The notes beneath the pieces are model-generated. The model ran no database searches and was not told the DNA's origin. It was given only the letters and a program-made list of their open reading frames with translations. Of a DNA stretch of 64,000 nucleotides, positions 34,471-49,085 are shown in pieces; positions within the stretch are counted from its first letter, which is position 1, and every line of letters begins with the position of its first letter. A program made the position numbers and the translations under genes. The stretch is from NCBI GenBank assembly GCA_030704615.1, contig CM060731.1, positions 25,916,001-25,980,000 on the forward strand, read 5' to 3'. This DNA is from Takakia lepidozioides. Lineage: Eukaryota; Plantae; Bryophyta.

Positions 34471-37400
34471 AAATCGAGAGAGAAGCACAACATGGGATGA
34501 TTTCGCTTTGTATATCGGAGATCTCATTAAAATTTCCACCTTCGTGTGATTTACATAGCGCAACGACAAGTTCTTCCCCAAGTCCGGTGTGATTTTTTTA
34601 GTGCACGAGTTGGTAGAATTCCCGACATTTCTAGACAGGAATCCGCAGCTGTAGGCACCGAGAATTTGTAGCAGTTTCCCACGAAGACGATTGTGTGAAA
34701 AACCCTACGCTACAGTTTGGTGCCATCCGCACTCATACTCGGAAACTTGCTCGCCTTCTCGGAATGGATTTCCTATGGTGAAGTCGACGCAGTGGAGGCG
34801 GCTCAGTGTTGTATTACTTGAGGGGATTAACCCGGTGGCGAGCGAGTTCTTGTTACTGTGGGGAGCTGTGAATCTGGTATTTCCGTTGATGCCTTCATTT
34901 GTGGATTGGCAAGTGGGATAGGAGAAGAGTCTTAATCGTCCAGTGTATCTTTGGACGGGATGATGAAACCATTTTTGAAGGCCTCCTGAACATGTCTAAA
35001 GCTGGGGGTTTGGATCGTCTTCTGCAGAACCAAGGGGTGTAACTGTAATGTATTGTGCCTTAGGATGGGGGGGGTTATGGCTGCATTGAACAATGTAACG
35101 TGTCTCGAGATGGAAATATTTTGTCAGGTGTTCACCCCGATGTTGTTCATTTGCATACGGTTTATGTCGCAAGTGCAAGGTGCATACGAGTCGTTCAGCT
35201 TATGGCTGAGACTTTGGAGCATGAGATCGGAAGGGTCTGGAACTTGGAAAGGACTCAAGCCCCTTCCATTTTTGGTGTCTCCATGATGATGTAGGCATTG
35301 GTGCTCGCTGGTCAGCTCATAATTTTCAAGCTAGATTACAGCGAGTCCAATTAGGGTTTCTGGTCAAGGCTTGGGTCTTTCTCTGCTATGATTACATAAG
35401 ATCCGACTGCAGCTATGGCTGTCTCCCTCTGGACTTAGGTCTACTGATGATTCTCGAAGAGCTTAGCCAAGGTTTACAGATCTTTGTGACTTCAATATTC
35501 TCTCCCGCCCGGTCTCAACCTGTCCAGTCACCTCTCCTCTTCTTTGTCTACACTATGAAATTTGTGAAAGAACCGCATTGTAGTGAAGACGTGTGATTCC
35601 TTCAATGGTTGTCTGCGCATATTGTGCAGGGAGGTGACACAAACTTGCCAGTCACCTATGCAGGTGATCACTGCTCACCATAGTCAATATCAAGCCCCTA
35701 CGGGACCCCCTCAGCATTTGACAATTTATCTATCTGTATCAATGAAAGTTCTGGAACAGATGGGTTCAAATTTTGGCCAGCTTCAATCTTTGAACCCCGT
35801 GGTGTTTCATCTCCAGCTTAGCAGGCAATTCTATTGACTTTCAGGTAGGAAGGAGATCAAAGGTGACACTACAAATCATTTACAAGGGCTTATTGGCACT
35901 TCTTTAATCTTTGCAGACAGACTTTCATTTGTCTATGATTGGTTCTTTTGATACTAGCCAAGATAAACACACTTCAAAATAATGCACTGGAATTTTTCAG
36001 TCATTGTGGTGGAGCCTTCCTGCCAGTATGAATCTCCTTTGTCTGGACTCCTTCAAAACTTGGGTGATGTAAAGGAACCTGACAAGCATGCAACATGGTG
36101 GGTCCTTCATTTTGCTTCAAGTCATTGCCAGAGAGAACCTCATTGGCCATTAGAAGTCCCATTTAGGGTTTGAATGCTTTCCAGGTATGGGGGTTGTGAT
36201 TACAACTTTATTGTAATCTTACTTCTTCTGTTGAGTTTCCTGGAATCTGTCTCTTTCTTTCTGGTCCACACATCTGGGTGCAGGGTGCATTTTCAGAAGC
36301 CTTAGCAATCCCAAACTGATGAAGATGTATCTCATTTCTGGTACCCCCCACAGGCAACCTTCCACCCACCCTAAAGTTTCATCTCGACGTTAAAGGAGGG
36401 AATTAAGATGGGGTTGGGGGGTTGGAGCTTATCCGGGTAGCCTTCAGTGATGTTGAGTACCTGCTCTCCATCTAGAGGAGGGAGAGAAAGGAGAGACAAG
36501 AGACCCTGCTGTTCATCTAGATTAAGTGGAGGAAAGGCTTTACTGTGGGAGCTAAAGGGGAGAGAGCAGTTACTCTACCTTATATTTATCCTTGAAATGA
36601 AGCAATGGTACCTAGGAAGTTGATTACCACAAAGGCTGAAGTGTTTGTTTTTTGTCGTGTACCCTTGTGGGGGGGTGTGGGGGCGTTCTTGTTTACACCG
36701 GGGCTCGATAAGTGTCCTCTCTCTCATCTTCACTTGTGGATGAAGTACTCTACCCTCTAAGGAGCATTAAAGTGTTGGTCTTGACTGATAATGAGGTAGC
36801 TCAAGAAATGCTGTAAACTGGAGAGGACCCCCGCCGTCTAGTACAACCCAGTGATTGTCAAGGGGATGGCAACGAGCGATTGGATGGGTTGATCTGAATC
36901 CTCTGCTGGACCTCTCTTCCAATTTTTAGTTCAGATTGGTTGGATATCCAAGGAAATTTGTCTTTCATGGGTATTGAGCTCTGTGCATCTTCTGGTCTCC
37001 TTATACTCAGATCTGTTGGAGTGATGCAAGATGGCAAGCTTAGAGAGGAGTGTTTCACCATCCAGCAATGTAAAAGTTCCAACTCTACACGGCGGCTTGG
37101 ATGAAATACTGTAGGTGTATTGTCTGTGCCTTAAGCAGATAGCTTACTGGTCAGGGGCACTTGGCCACAAGGCACACTGTGGGGACCTTGCTTTCATATG
37201 CCACCAAGTTTGAACCATTGAACTCAGTGTAACTCTTTAGCCTGGCGTCTGTGTTGGATGGTTCACACACCATGGGCAGGGGTGATTATCTTCCCTGCAC
37301 CTAAGGGCTTCTGAGTTTTCCATGGGAATCTGGGGCAGGGGGAGTGTGCCTTTACCTGCTGAAATCTCATAACAAGGAGTTAGTAGCCCTAAGGTATTAA

Positions 37401-37685
37401 GGAGGCACTATATCTTCATTCTGCTCTTCTCAACAGTATTTTGACTGTGGCATTCGCCCAGAGTAGATGTGATGTGCTTGTTCAATTCATGCATTATTAT
37501 GTTCTGAACAGCGTTATGAACTCATCGTTGTGTCACACAGGGTTGGATGAGAGCTGACAGGGAGTGAGACACATGGAACTTGACCAACTGTTATTCCGTT
37601 TCCAGATCAAACCAAATGACTTCCAAGCTTTGTGTACACCCTCCTTCGAAGGAGATATAAGACACATCACTAAGTTGATTCCAAG

Positions 37686-40600
37686 ATGCTGCCAGAAAGA
37701 GGGATGGACACAGGAGTGGAGGATATGGCACTAGGGGAGTCTCATGAGGATGGTAGGGGGGATGTTGCGGGGATGTCTGACCATCAGGACATCTTGGTCA
37801 TGAATCACCGGCAGCTAGTTGCAGAAATCATGGAATTGAAAGCTCATAATTGTGACCTTGCAGCTCGGCTAGCACAAACCACCCTGGAGAAACAGGACCT
37901 TTCAGCTCAGCTTTTGAAGTATGCGGCTGCCAACCAGGACCTTGAGACATTGATAGCTAGTAGCCAGGCAGACAATAAGGACATAAGAGCCAGAAATTTA
38001 GCATTGGAGGAGCAGGTCCATTATCTTCAAGGGCTCTTAAGGTCAAGTTGGAGTGGGGGGATGATTTCTCAAGACAGAGAGGCGGATCCCACTTGTATGC
38101 AAGAAGGGGAGAATGGGATTGATGATGAGCAACAGCCAATGGATCTTGACACTGCAAGAGGCCTTTTAGTTGCTTTGCAGGAGTTCCCCATCTACATCAA
38201 CTATTGTGACAAAGATCTACGTTATGTTTGGCTTAGCCACACAATCAGAGGCTACACCCTGGAGGCAAGTAACTCTCTTCTATCAACACGGATGTTATGT
38301 GTGGCTGTCATTGCTTTGCCACTCAGAATGTTGAGGTAATGGCAGAAAGTGAGAGAGCATTAGAGGAAGCAAATATAACGAAACTTCATAATATCCATGG
38401 TTGTTAGAGGGTGTCTGCATTAGCTGCAAATTTCCCACGAAATGTGCATGCCCAAGAAGATGCAATTTAACACATTTTACTGTTACGATATATGATGTGC
38501 TGTTTCACTAATGTGGTCATGTATGTTTTGGGCCAGGTGTTTCTTTTGTATGGGATTAACTCTGGATAATGTTGTGAGGGCAAGGCTTATTCATCTCAAG
38601 GAAAATCTGTTGCAGGAATTAACTGGAAAACGAGATGATGAGGTTTTACCCCTGGAGAATGAAGGTGTGTTGGAGCTTGTAGACTTGAAACGCAAGGCTC
38701 TTGAAAAGCAACAGACACAGGTGAGTATTCTTGTGATTTTCTGGTTCTAAGTCTTTGACTTCTTAGATTGAACTGCACAGCTTTTGCACACATCCAAGGA
38801 TCAATGTAGGCATTAATTAGTACTGTGGAAACAGATTTGTACTTTAATCTCATGACATTTTGGTACAAACCAATTGAATGCAGGTTAGAGAGATGACAAT
38901 CGATTTCCCACATGCTGGCCGACTGTCTTGGATGGTGACCTGCAAGCCACATTTCAGTAGCAATGGAGAGGTAGTGGGTGTCTCGACAGCTAGTATTGAC
39001 ATAACAGAGAAGGTAAACTCTGCAGCCCATTCCATTGCAAAGATTAAGCTTCATTGGTGGTCTCTGCGGACCTTGGCCCTCAGAACTACAATCCCACTGG
39101 ATACTAACCCTCCCAAGCTAGGACATGGGATTTCTGTGTCCAGGGGATCTGAGAGCCAGCTGGAAAGTCGTCATTGCTTGGGTTCAATTTGATGGCAATC
39201 TGGTTAGGTTTGAGTGTGAATTTTAGAGCTGACATTGGTGTAATACTTGGAAGCATGAGAGGTTCACACCAACAAGGCTACTGCAGCCCTCCACTTAAAC
39301 AGATATGGGATTCACTGAAAGAGACAGTAGGAATCAAAAGGGCATAAACCAACTCTGGGAGCATAGATTCAGTACATATTGCTGTACCTACATCACCACT
39401 TACACCATGGGGTTTTACAGTAAAAGAGCAAGAACAACTAGGGAAGGAGGGAGAGGGTCAGTCAATACTCAGAGGGTTGAATGATGGATGCCTATAGGTG
39501 GAAGTGAGGGAAAGATTGTCCAAGTTACACGCAGAGATGATTGAGGGAAAGGCCAACGAAGGAGTGCTACGCCGCGCTGTTGAACTCACAGGTATTTGCT
39601 TGAAACTATCCCTTGCATCTGAGGAACAGTTTATTGGCCTTCTATGCTGGGTCTAATCTCTACAAGAAAAACTGTCAATTTGCTTCTCGTCCTTCATATG
39701 CAAACCGATAAGCAAAACTTGAAGGGTTTTTTAGAAACCACTGTGTTGAAATGCTGGGATAATCGTGATCCCTTGTGCACATTGACCCCCTCCCTGGCCA
39801 ATCCACCAGATTAGATGTAGTGGCTCGCAAAATGCAGGACAACAACTAAAGTTCTACTCGTACTTTGCTCAAGCTTTCGGGGTGCTCTGTTGTGGCAGGG
39901 GAAGCAATTCGAGCAAAGAACATGTTTCTGGCCATAATGTCTCATGAGATACGGACGCCTTTGAATGGGTTGTTGGGGATGTCCGAGGCACTTGCAGCCT
40001 CAGATTTGACGCAAGAGCAGCGGGAGCTGGTGAATGCCATGCTTTCATCCGGTGTCATTATTTCGGACATCTTAGGCGACATTCTTGACCTTGCAAGCAT
40101 GGAATCTGGTAGTCTTTCATTTGTGTCACTACTTGTCCTTTAATAGACATCTGTTCTAGTTGTTCCTATTTTCTAGATGGTTGGTACAGTAGGGGTTCCT
40201 GTGCGCACACCTTTGTAGTTGATACTCACTAAAGTGACTTAGTGTGGTGGGATGGATCACATTTGAGAATCCAAGTACTGACATGTACTTTTTGTGTGGC
40301 AACGAATGGAGGTGCAATGGAGCTTGAGGAGAAACCCTTCAGTCCGGCTGATGTTGTCCAAGACATACTTAAGATGGCACTGGCTGCCACCCGTGAAAAG
40401 GGCATTTCTGTAACAGCAGAAGTCTCAGACAATGTTCCCAAGAAGGTACCTTTACATGACTAATAGTTGCTTTTGAACCTGATCAACTTGACAACTGCAG
40501 GAAACCAGTATTTGCAAAATCTCTCTTGTTAAACTGTTGCCGAAAAACAACACAACACAACACAACAGGAATTGTGTTTGGCTACGTCACTTTTGGAGTA

Positions 40601-43600
40601 ACATATGTGTGCAGTACTTTTTGAGGATATTGGAGTCCAGTGAAGGAGACTGTTTCTATGTTTGGTGGTTCCCTTCCAATGGATGAAAACTTTGAGAGAG
40701 TATGGCTTGACTATGGACATGTTCTCACAACAAGGGCTGAGCGATATATATCCTTTAGGGCATTAGTGCATCCAGGCACTAGTCCAATGAAAAATCACCT
40801 GCTCATGGGTGATTGTTTCCTGAGACTTCAATAGATAATGCAGTGGTAGGGCACAGCAGCCATATGAAGGTGGTTCTGGGTTCCAATTCACAGAGGAGAC
40901 AGTCCCCAACAGTGGGATGGAACATTGTGTTTTATTTTTCTTTGCCTTCATACATTCCATGCAGCGTAGCCTGCTAAGAATAGTCTTGATGTGTACTGGT
41001 TATGTTTGGTGCTTGTTGTGAGCTGTACAATCAAGAGCTCTATTTTTGTTTGAGCTATGATCAGTGTAAGACTTTGGGATACATATGCTGATGCCCATTT
41101 CTCCTTCCCACCTTCCCTCACTCCTTGGATGAAAGAGCATGTCTGCGTATTTACCTGTTACATTTGGGCTGTGCCAGGTCATAAGCGATGCATTACGTAT
41201 CCGTCAAGTTTTGAAATATCTTGTCCTCAATGCAATCAAATTCACTCAAGCTGGCAGTGTCTGTATACGGCTGGGCATCAAAGAGCCATCTTTTGGATCT
41301 TCACATGTGGTTGGAGAGTGTAAAAACTTGAAGCTTGAAGAGAAAATGCTAGATGGAGGAAGCCTTAAGGCTATGGCAGATGCTTCACCGGTGGTCAGTG
41401 GGTGTAAAGACTTGAACTCTGAAGAAACTAGGCTAGATAGAGGAAGCCTCAAGACTATGGCAGGTGCAGTGGGAAGAGATGCCGTACCATCATCATGGCA
41501 CAGTGAAGAGCCGAGTCCCTCCTCTTTTGGTGAAGTGGCCCACAGCTCATCCATAGGTCAAAAGCGGACCCATTCGAAGAGTGACAAAGGTTTAGAGTCA
41601 ATTGAACCAGAGCATATGTTAAAGCAATCCAATGTATCGATGACCAGTAAGCTGTCCTCTGAGGGCTGGCTGTGTGGGACTGATGAGAGAAGAGAAAGGG
41701 GAACAACCGACTTTGATGGGGAGGTCACCCCAATGATGGGATTTGAGAAGCTTGATGGATGCTCCACTAAGGGGGCCACGCCCTCGGCAAACCAAAGAGT
41801 CCCTCCTGAGGGAAGTCAAGAATTTTTGGCCGACAATAGTTCAGATTTGGCACCGCAGCAACTGCTTTGGTGTGAGATTATTGACACTGGAGTTGGCATT
41901 CCCCAGGAGGTATGAACTGTTTTAGTCCAAGTCTCTTTGGACACCACTAATAGTTGACTAGGAGCATTCCTCTTCTTCAGGGTAAATGTGATGGTAGCAG
42001 TTCTTAAAGAGAGAAGACACTGGCCAGGGCTGCTTAAGGAAGAGTCTCTTCCTAGCAAGGGGTACTACTCTCTTTCAAGGGTGGGCCTCTTCTAGAGATG
42101 TCCCTGTATCAGCCTTGTTGTAGCATGGAAATTATGTGAAGTGCGTTTGGCACACTTACGAGACCCCAAAAGAAACCATTATAAGTCACAATCGCTGAAA
42201 TGTAGCTGATTAAAATGGGTACTCCGAGTTGCAGTGTTTACCTTATTGCCCCCCTTCCCCCCTTCACTTCCTTTTCGGTTCTTGTCCATGCACTGTACTT
42301 TCCAGTCCCACAGTGTGCATGATTCGGACTCAAATGTGGAGCCCATGGGTGGGAATGCTGTCATTTGTAAGTGCACGTACAATAACACAGTGAAGACTGT
42401 ATCAAGTATGGTACAACCTGGTGTAGCTTTGACAAAGCAGTTGATCTTGCCATATAGCATGTGGATGGAAAATTGGATTTCTTCTTAAAAGCAGGTTTGT
42501 GATGCAGTCATTTGCTACACTGTTTGACACATTCACGCAAGTGGATACGAGTACCACTCGTAACTTTGGTGGGACTGGTCTGGGCTTGGCCATCTGCAAG
42601 CAGGTAGCTTTCTTTCTCCAGCCTCTGATGTGATGCGAGTTATTTGTGCTTTCTGTAGCATCATAAACAGAGTTCCTCCACCTAGTCCAGAAGGAATGAA
42701 AGAGGATTCTAGACCAGAATTCACACCTAGTAAGAAGGGTGACATATTTCCTATTGAGAGTTGGTGAATCAGCGTTTTTTGGGCTCTGCTGGGAAGTAGA
42801 TACTTTGCATACAGTTGCCAAGTCACAACCTGTGCATTTTGTGATGCACACCACTGTCACTCAGGTCAGATAAGGGTCTCCAATGTGCATTAGGGCATCT
42901 TGGTGCTGCTAGTCAAATCAAGCCCTTTTGTATTGAAACATCTTTCGTTTGTTCAGGTGCATTGATACAAAAGGTAGTTGATTTCTTTGGTTACCTTGTT
43001 TGCAGTTGGTGGAGCTGATGGGAGGTCAGTTGACAGTCACAAGTGAAGTTGGAAAGGGGTCAACTTTTACCTTCAGTGTCATCTGCAAAGAAGTCCCAGA
43101 GGGGCAAAGCTCTCTCACCAACCTCTCTCCAATTGCAACCACTGATTCACAGGTCTCGGTGTTGAGTACAGAGAGAGTATCCTCCACACCAAGGAGTCTC
43201 AAGGGAACTATGGTTGAAACTGTGGTTAGAAGTGCAAGCAAGAAAGAACCACGGATATTGCTAGCTGAGGATAATAAGGTCAATGTCATGGTAGCTATCT
43301 CTATGCTGAAGAGACTTGGCTTCACCGCACAGGTTGTTGCAAATGGTGTGGAAGCCTTGGAGGCGATTCGCAGAGAGAAATATGACCTGGTTCTATTGGA
43401 TATTTGTATGCCTTTGATGGATGGCTTGCAAGTGGCATATGCAATACGACAGTATGAGGAAACTGGGGTATGGCCTGAGGGTGACCTTCGGAAGATATTT
43501 GAGAGCACACACCCTTTAATGGCACCAGAGAATTTGGACGGGTCCTCTACTGGGCATCCGATCGCCAAGCATGTGGGAAGCGATCAGAATCTAGCTGATG

Positions 43601-43839
43601 CATTGGAAGGGTTGACCCGCACTAGTCTGGAAGGAGGGCGTCGATTACCAATTGTGGCAGTCACTGCAAATGCTCTCCGGTCAGACGTGGATAAATATTA
43701 TGCTCATGGCATGGACGCTTTCATAGCAAAGCCTGTCATGTTTCAAAAGCTGCGAGAAACATTAGCCAAGTACTTGCCCATTCAGCCACCAGCATCGTCT
43801 GAGAGTGACCTTGAGGGAAGCAGAAAGGTGGAAATCTGA
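37686..43839 (+). CDS. Hybrid histidine kinase, AHK5/CKI2-like (coiled coil-PAS-HisKA-HATPase-receiver), 970 aa; join(37686..38264,38616..38720,38884..39012,39498..39591,39899..40108,40312..40445,41178..41909,42508..42603,43006..43839)
   Basis: PAS-like DKDLRYVW...GKRDDE...[15 protein letters not shown]; H-box [15 protein letters not shown]; N-box NAIKFT; G1 DTGVGIP; F/G2 FTQVD...[19 protein letters not shown]; receiver LLAEDN, LLDICMP, VTAN, AKP; no transmembrane segment seen; exon phases consistent. Confidence 0.93.
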
Positions 43840-44961
43840 TAGAATTAGTCTGAACTCCACATTCTTCCCGTATGTAGATAAGGTGAGCTTCTACATTTGC
43901 CAATTGATTCAACTGCAAGGTGACTGATGGCCGTTGTACTCAATCCGTCAAGCTAATATCAACCCAGGAGGACAATAAAGGAGTTCCTTGATTGCTGAAG
44001 ATCGGGCATACCGTCAAGTTGCAGTTGACCGCAAGTTGAGCCTTTCTACTCCTTACGTCCAGGCTGTCACTGTACAAAGCAGGGTGATTAATGGCTCTTC
44101 AACTTCTCTTGATTGTAATACTTCAGTCCCAAGGGAGAACCATCCTGAACATGCAAGCTTAGCTAGTACTCTTGCATTAAAGAGAATTATGTGTGGTAAG
44201 TGGAGCCAGGAGCAGCTGAGGGTCAGCAAGGGTGTCAGAAATCCTCAGAGATCTGCAGATCTGTGCAACTCGATCGATGGAAGGCCAAGTACAACGGCGT
44301 GTTAGAAATGTTCAGAAAGATATTCCTTGGTATGTTGCCATGCATATCTTGGGAGCCCGTGGCCCTTCGGAAGCTTTGAACAAAGCTAAACCTTAACACA
44401 CAGTTTGCGATCCCACAGTTTCAGGTGGAACTGAACATGCGATAGTTGTCCTCAGCGACCCTTACACACACAGAAGAAGTCACAGCAATTTGTGTATCAT
44501 TGTTTCTAAAGCTGAAAGATTATACTAGTGTTCTCCATGTATTAATAAAGAGTGCCTACACTGTATTACTGAGAATCCTGTGGGGTGTTACATCTACCTG
44601 CAAATCGATACTCACATGAGCTCTTTCTAAGATGTCATGATGGTGGAACCCCCCACATTGTGTCAGTATGGCAAACATGGACTCTCATATGGTTTCACAT
44701 GCTTCGATCTTGGATGTGATCATTGTTCTCTTGGCAGCAAGCATGTTGCTCACTGATGGAGTCTCTCTGCGGTGTACAATTAGATAAACGTTCCCTGAAG
44801 AAATAGGTGGATTTCTTCTCCCTACTCACCTTCAGCACTCCACATAAATGGGTGACTTCTCTTACTACAACAGCACTCTATTGGCATTGAGGAATACTTT
44901 TGGATCAAGGTAGTCATGTTGGACACTATCTTGGTGGGCACCCACTGTTGAATCTTATAAC

Positions 44962-45715
44962 CAGTGTTGGGCGGGTATTACTGTTTTTCATACCAGCCGG
45001 GTCCTGGTATTGAAATATTTTTACTTTGCGATGCCAGCCAGTTCCATAGTATTAGATTATCCGCAGAATTTTAACATCCGTCCGTTATCAAAAGAAGCAG
45101 GATTTTGGAATCAACCGGACTGGAATTCAAATTGTAATACCAATCCGGGCATAGATAATTAAAATAAATTAAATTAAAAATAGAGGGGTAATTGTGCCTT
45201 CAATTTATAAGCATACATGGTCTCCCAAAGAAAACAAAAGCCTGCTGCAAAAGCCTGCCCTTTGCATTACATGTACACATTTTGTAGACACATATAAAGT
45301 CAAGAGAAATCAGTTAGGAAAATTGTTAGGAGAATCCATCACGCTTGTTGTGCGTTTAGGCCTTATGGCGGCCACGTGCCAATCAGGGTTTTAATTTTTT
45401 TTTCCCTAAAATATTCCTTAATAAAATTAATCCAGGGCCACTGTCCCCTGTTCAAAAAAAAAAAAAAAAAAAGTCTCATTGTCCAATACAGTATGGCCGC
45501 ATCTACAATGAGGCTCTTCTCATCCATGGTATTGCCTTTGGATATCACATGTGGCAGTGGATTAGTAATACCTTGTGCATGGTCCTTGGTTTTGCCCCCA
45601 ATCTAGGTAGGGTATTGACCTAGGTATTGCAAAGTGCTAATTCCAGTGGGGATGGTGTTCTTAATACTAGTATTACAAAAGTAAATAGCAGCCGGGTCGG
45701 TTCTTCAATACCCTA
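44962..45715. mobile_element. Partial hAT-like MITE (left TIR only)
   Basis: Starts CAGTGTTGGGCGGGTATT, with repeated GGTATT/AATACC motifs like the 48420 element; no intact right TIR. Confidence 0.5.
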
Positions 45716-46921
45716 GTTGATGCAGGGGTTGATAACCAGCCAAACTCTATAAAAGACCCAAAACGTGTCATTGACCATTTTCAACTTGTTATATCTTTCT
45801 AGATTGGAACACGCAATAAACAGCTGAAGTGTTGCTTTCCATTGGCATCTACCCTAGGCTCATTGCTTGAAAGTGGCTAGCTGGTGGGGGTGATCCATCC
45901 TTAGATTGGATAAGCCCTAAGAAACAAGGGGCAACGTGAAACTAGAAGTCTTGTGGGGGAAACTTATGGATGTATGCAATCAAAAATTAGGACGGTCCCG
46001 GTTTCCAAAATACATATCCAAGCTTTTTCCAAAACTACAAAAGTGGCAACATGTACAAAATGCAGTTTTGCACCTTCTACAGAGCATTAGGTCCACAAAA
46101 AAGATATACAAACATCTTACCTAAATGGAGTCAATTCGAGTTATTTTGTTGATGTTGAAAACCTTGAGATGTAGCACAATTTTCTTTGGAAGCAATCTCC
46201 TACAACGTGGAATGATGCATATTTCATGGCTAAAGAGTATGAGATGAGCTTTGTTCATGACATCATTTACTATAAGATGGCTCGTGGAAACTCCTATACA
46301 CATGTTGATGATCTAAGTTTGGTCTCCAATGACTTGGCTGTATTGAAACAGACGAAGAGCAACCTCTTAGACAAGTTTATAGGTTAACTAGTGATGGCTT
46401 TTAGTTTTCTTTTGTGGTACCACAGTCAGAAGAGATGTACACCAATCAACTTTTCTCAAAGTATTTTCTGCGGGGAATGAGATATTTTGAGGTCCTCAAG
46501 GTTTGTAGGTTTGTGTGACCATCTGGATATAGCACTGATTGCCACAAAGACGATCCTAAGTTTTAACGATTCTTTGTTCACATCCTGACTATTACATTGT
46601 TGTCTGGTGGTCTCTTATCTCACCTTTGCACCAAGACGCACTTGATGTTTAGCATAATGGATGTCTCACTTGTGCTCTCTGCCTTATCCCCTCAACTAAC
46701 TTGAATATGTACTTGTAAATTAATTTCAACTTATTAGACATGGAGGAAATTTTGAATATAAATTGGTGAAGAAATAGCTCCAGAGGGAATATCAATATGT
46801 ATACTAGTATGACCTTCCGTTTGAGTACCACATATGGTAGATATTCTATACCGGTTCTATACGAGCAATCATATACCCTACTTCAGTATGATCATCTGTA
46901 AGGGAAGATGCTCTTATTTAC

Positions 46922-47488
46922 CACTACAAGAGAAACAAGGTTTTACGACTGGGTTTCATGACTATTTTTGAGTCAAAAGTCCATCATGACTAATAGTCCT
47001 AAACACCTCATTGTAGAGCCATGGAGTCATATATACTTGACAGTCATATATCCCATGACTAGCTCCAGGACAAGTGAGTGTCATCTGAGCGGGTTGCCCA
47101 AAGGCTGACGTGTAGTCATGGTGACGACTATAGACATCCGCGTAGATGACACGCGGCAAAGCGCCTGCTTGACATGTGTCCACACAGAATTTGAAACTCA
47201 AATTTTTAAATTTGATTTAATTCGGCGGTTCAAAATTGTCATTTATCAAAATTTGTTATACTTTATCATAGAAACCAAGAACTTATTCTTTAAAGTTCGA
47301 TTTTGTATCGTGTTTGCAATAAGTTCCTATACAACTGACACAAATTCCCATTTTAATGGCAAGGATTTTAGTCATTGAAGCATCATGAAAACCATTGTTC
47401 TTTTTCCGTCAAATTTTTGATAGTCGATAGATAGGCTTGAAAACCAAACAACTAGATAAACAAATTTTTGTTTGTTGATATATGGTTC

Positions 47489-47569
<81 letters not shown>

Positions 47570-48030
47570 CTCCAACCGAAGCTGCCGTAACTAAGAGCCA
47601 CTTCACCTCATATGGTTCATAAATCAATGCTCTCAGTAGTACAGATTAACGTTTTTATGTCTACGGATATCGCTGCATTTTGATAAGTGCTTTTATGACT
47701 ACCTCACTTTGTCGTGACAAATGCGGCGTCAGTTCTACCATGACTACGGAGTGTTAAGCGCGAAGTCATGACGGTCACTGAGGACGTGGCGTGGGATAGT
47801 GATTCAAGGTTTGGTGATGTAGTCATAACAAATATGACTACACGACTGAAAGTTATGACTGAGGTTATAACGACTATATCACTACAACATTGCGCCTACA
47901 TGGAGAGGCCTCTACGTGACACGTGGGATCCTTGGGATTTGACATGTGTAATCATCGCCTGATGGTGCAGTGGAGTAGTCATATCTTTATGACTACACGA
48001 CTATGGGTATGACTATATCACTACAACACT
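46922..48030. mobile_element. Non-autonomous CACTA element (left end and subterminal repeats)
   Basis: Begins CACTACAAGAGAAA; many ATGACTA/TAGTCAT subterminal motifs; matching TAGTG end not found. Confidence 0.65.
47491..47566. repeat. (GA)n microsatellite, about 38 units
   Basis: Uninterrupted GA run. Confidence 0.98.
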
Positions 48031-48419
48031 ACAGATGTCACATGGTCTTGTTGGAGCATGTGTTGATCATGGAGATTTTATAATTTATTAAATATTATTT
48101 AATTCTAGCTGACTAATTTATTAAATTATATTAAATTAATATGAAATTTAATAAACCATGTGGAACTCTCATAAGCACAACAATTGGCAAAGAGGGAAGG
48201 CCATATATACCAAAACACAGCCCCTCTGCAAGCAAAAAAAGATTCTACCACCAACCCTGTTGCATAGACTGGCAGAAGCAACAATATGATACAATATGAA
48301 AGACACAACTATAATCAAACATGCCATCCATAGAAACATCACAACACAACCTCGGAGGACATTGCACCTTCGAACGATATTGGATGTTAATACATCAGAC
48401 ACTGACACGGTGTTCGAAC

Positions 48420-49028
48420 CAGTGTTGGACTGGTATACCGATAAGAAACTGGTATCAATACTGGTATGAAGTACCAAACCAGTCTGGTATCACCTCATGC
48501 CACTACCTAGCATATACCCGTATTGGCATGGTATGTGCTTCCTAATAGTGTGGACGATATCCTACTAGTCTGATAGGTGGTTGAAAATCTGGTACTTGAT
48601 ACCAGTACCAGGTCCATTTTTGTCAAGAAAACCTAGTATCAATATCGACGGCGCAGTATGCAATATGCAAGATATGGTTGCAGCTTTCAATAAGCAAAAT
48701 AAAAATCAGGCCGGAAGATGAAATATGTGAAGCTGGATATTTTGAGGAATAATATCAATGAGAAGCATGCTTGTACACATTTATATGAGAAGTGGGAGTT
48801 TTTTTTTACACCAGACCAGTATTGATATTACCCTGGTATCGATTTCTAAAAACTCTTGCTATTGATACCCGTAAAACACCACACTAATCATGTATTATTG
48901 ATACCACCATGGTATCAAAATCTTAGATTTTTGCCAATACCAGTACCTCCTTGGTATCACAATTGGCCGGAGGCCTATATACCAGTACCAGTCTGGTGTG
49001 TTCAAAATACGATACCAGTCCAACACTG
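48420..49028. mobile_element. Non-autonomous hAT element with perfect 17-bp TIR and 8-bp TSD
   Basis: GTTCGAAC|CAGTGTTGGACTGGTAT ... ATACCAGTCCAACACTG|GTTCGAAC; many internal GGTAT/ATACC motifs. Confidence 0.9.
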
Positions 49029-49085
49029 GTTCGAACTAGTCTGCCTATATATATTCCCAAAATATACCTCGTTCTTCAAGCACGA

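Noticed and set aside
33899-34581. Overlapping Pro/Arg-rich ORFs
   Set aside because: Expected by-product of high GC content; no domain signal.
43026-43568. 180-aa antisense ORF (and similar antisense ORFs over GCP6 exons)
   Set aside because: Shadow frames of real coding exons.
47372-47575. SLSLSL repeat ORF
   Set aside because: Translation of the (GA)n microsatellite.
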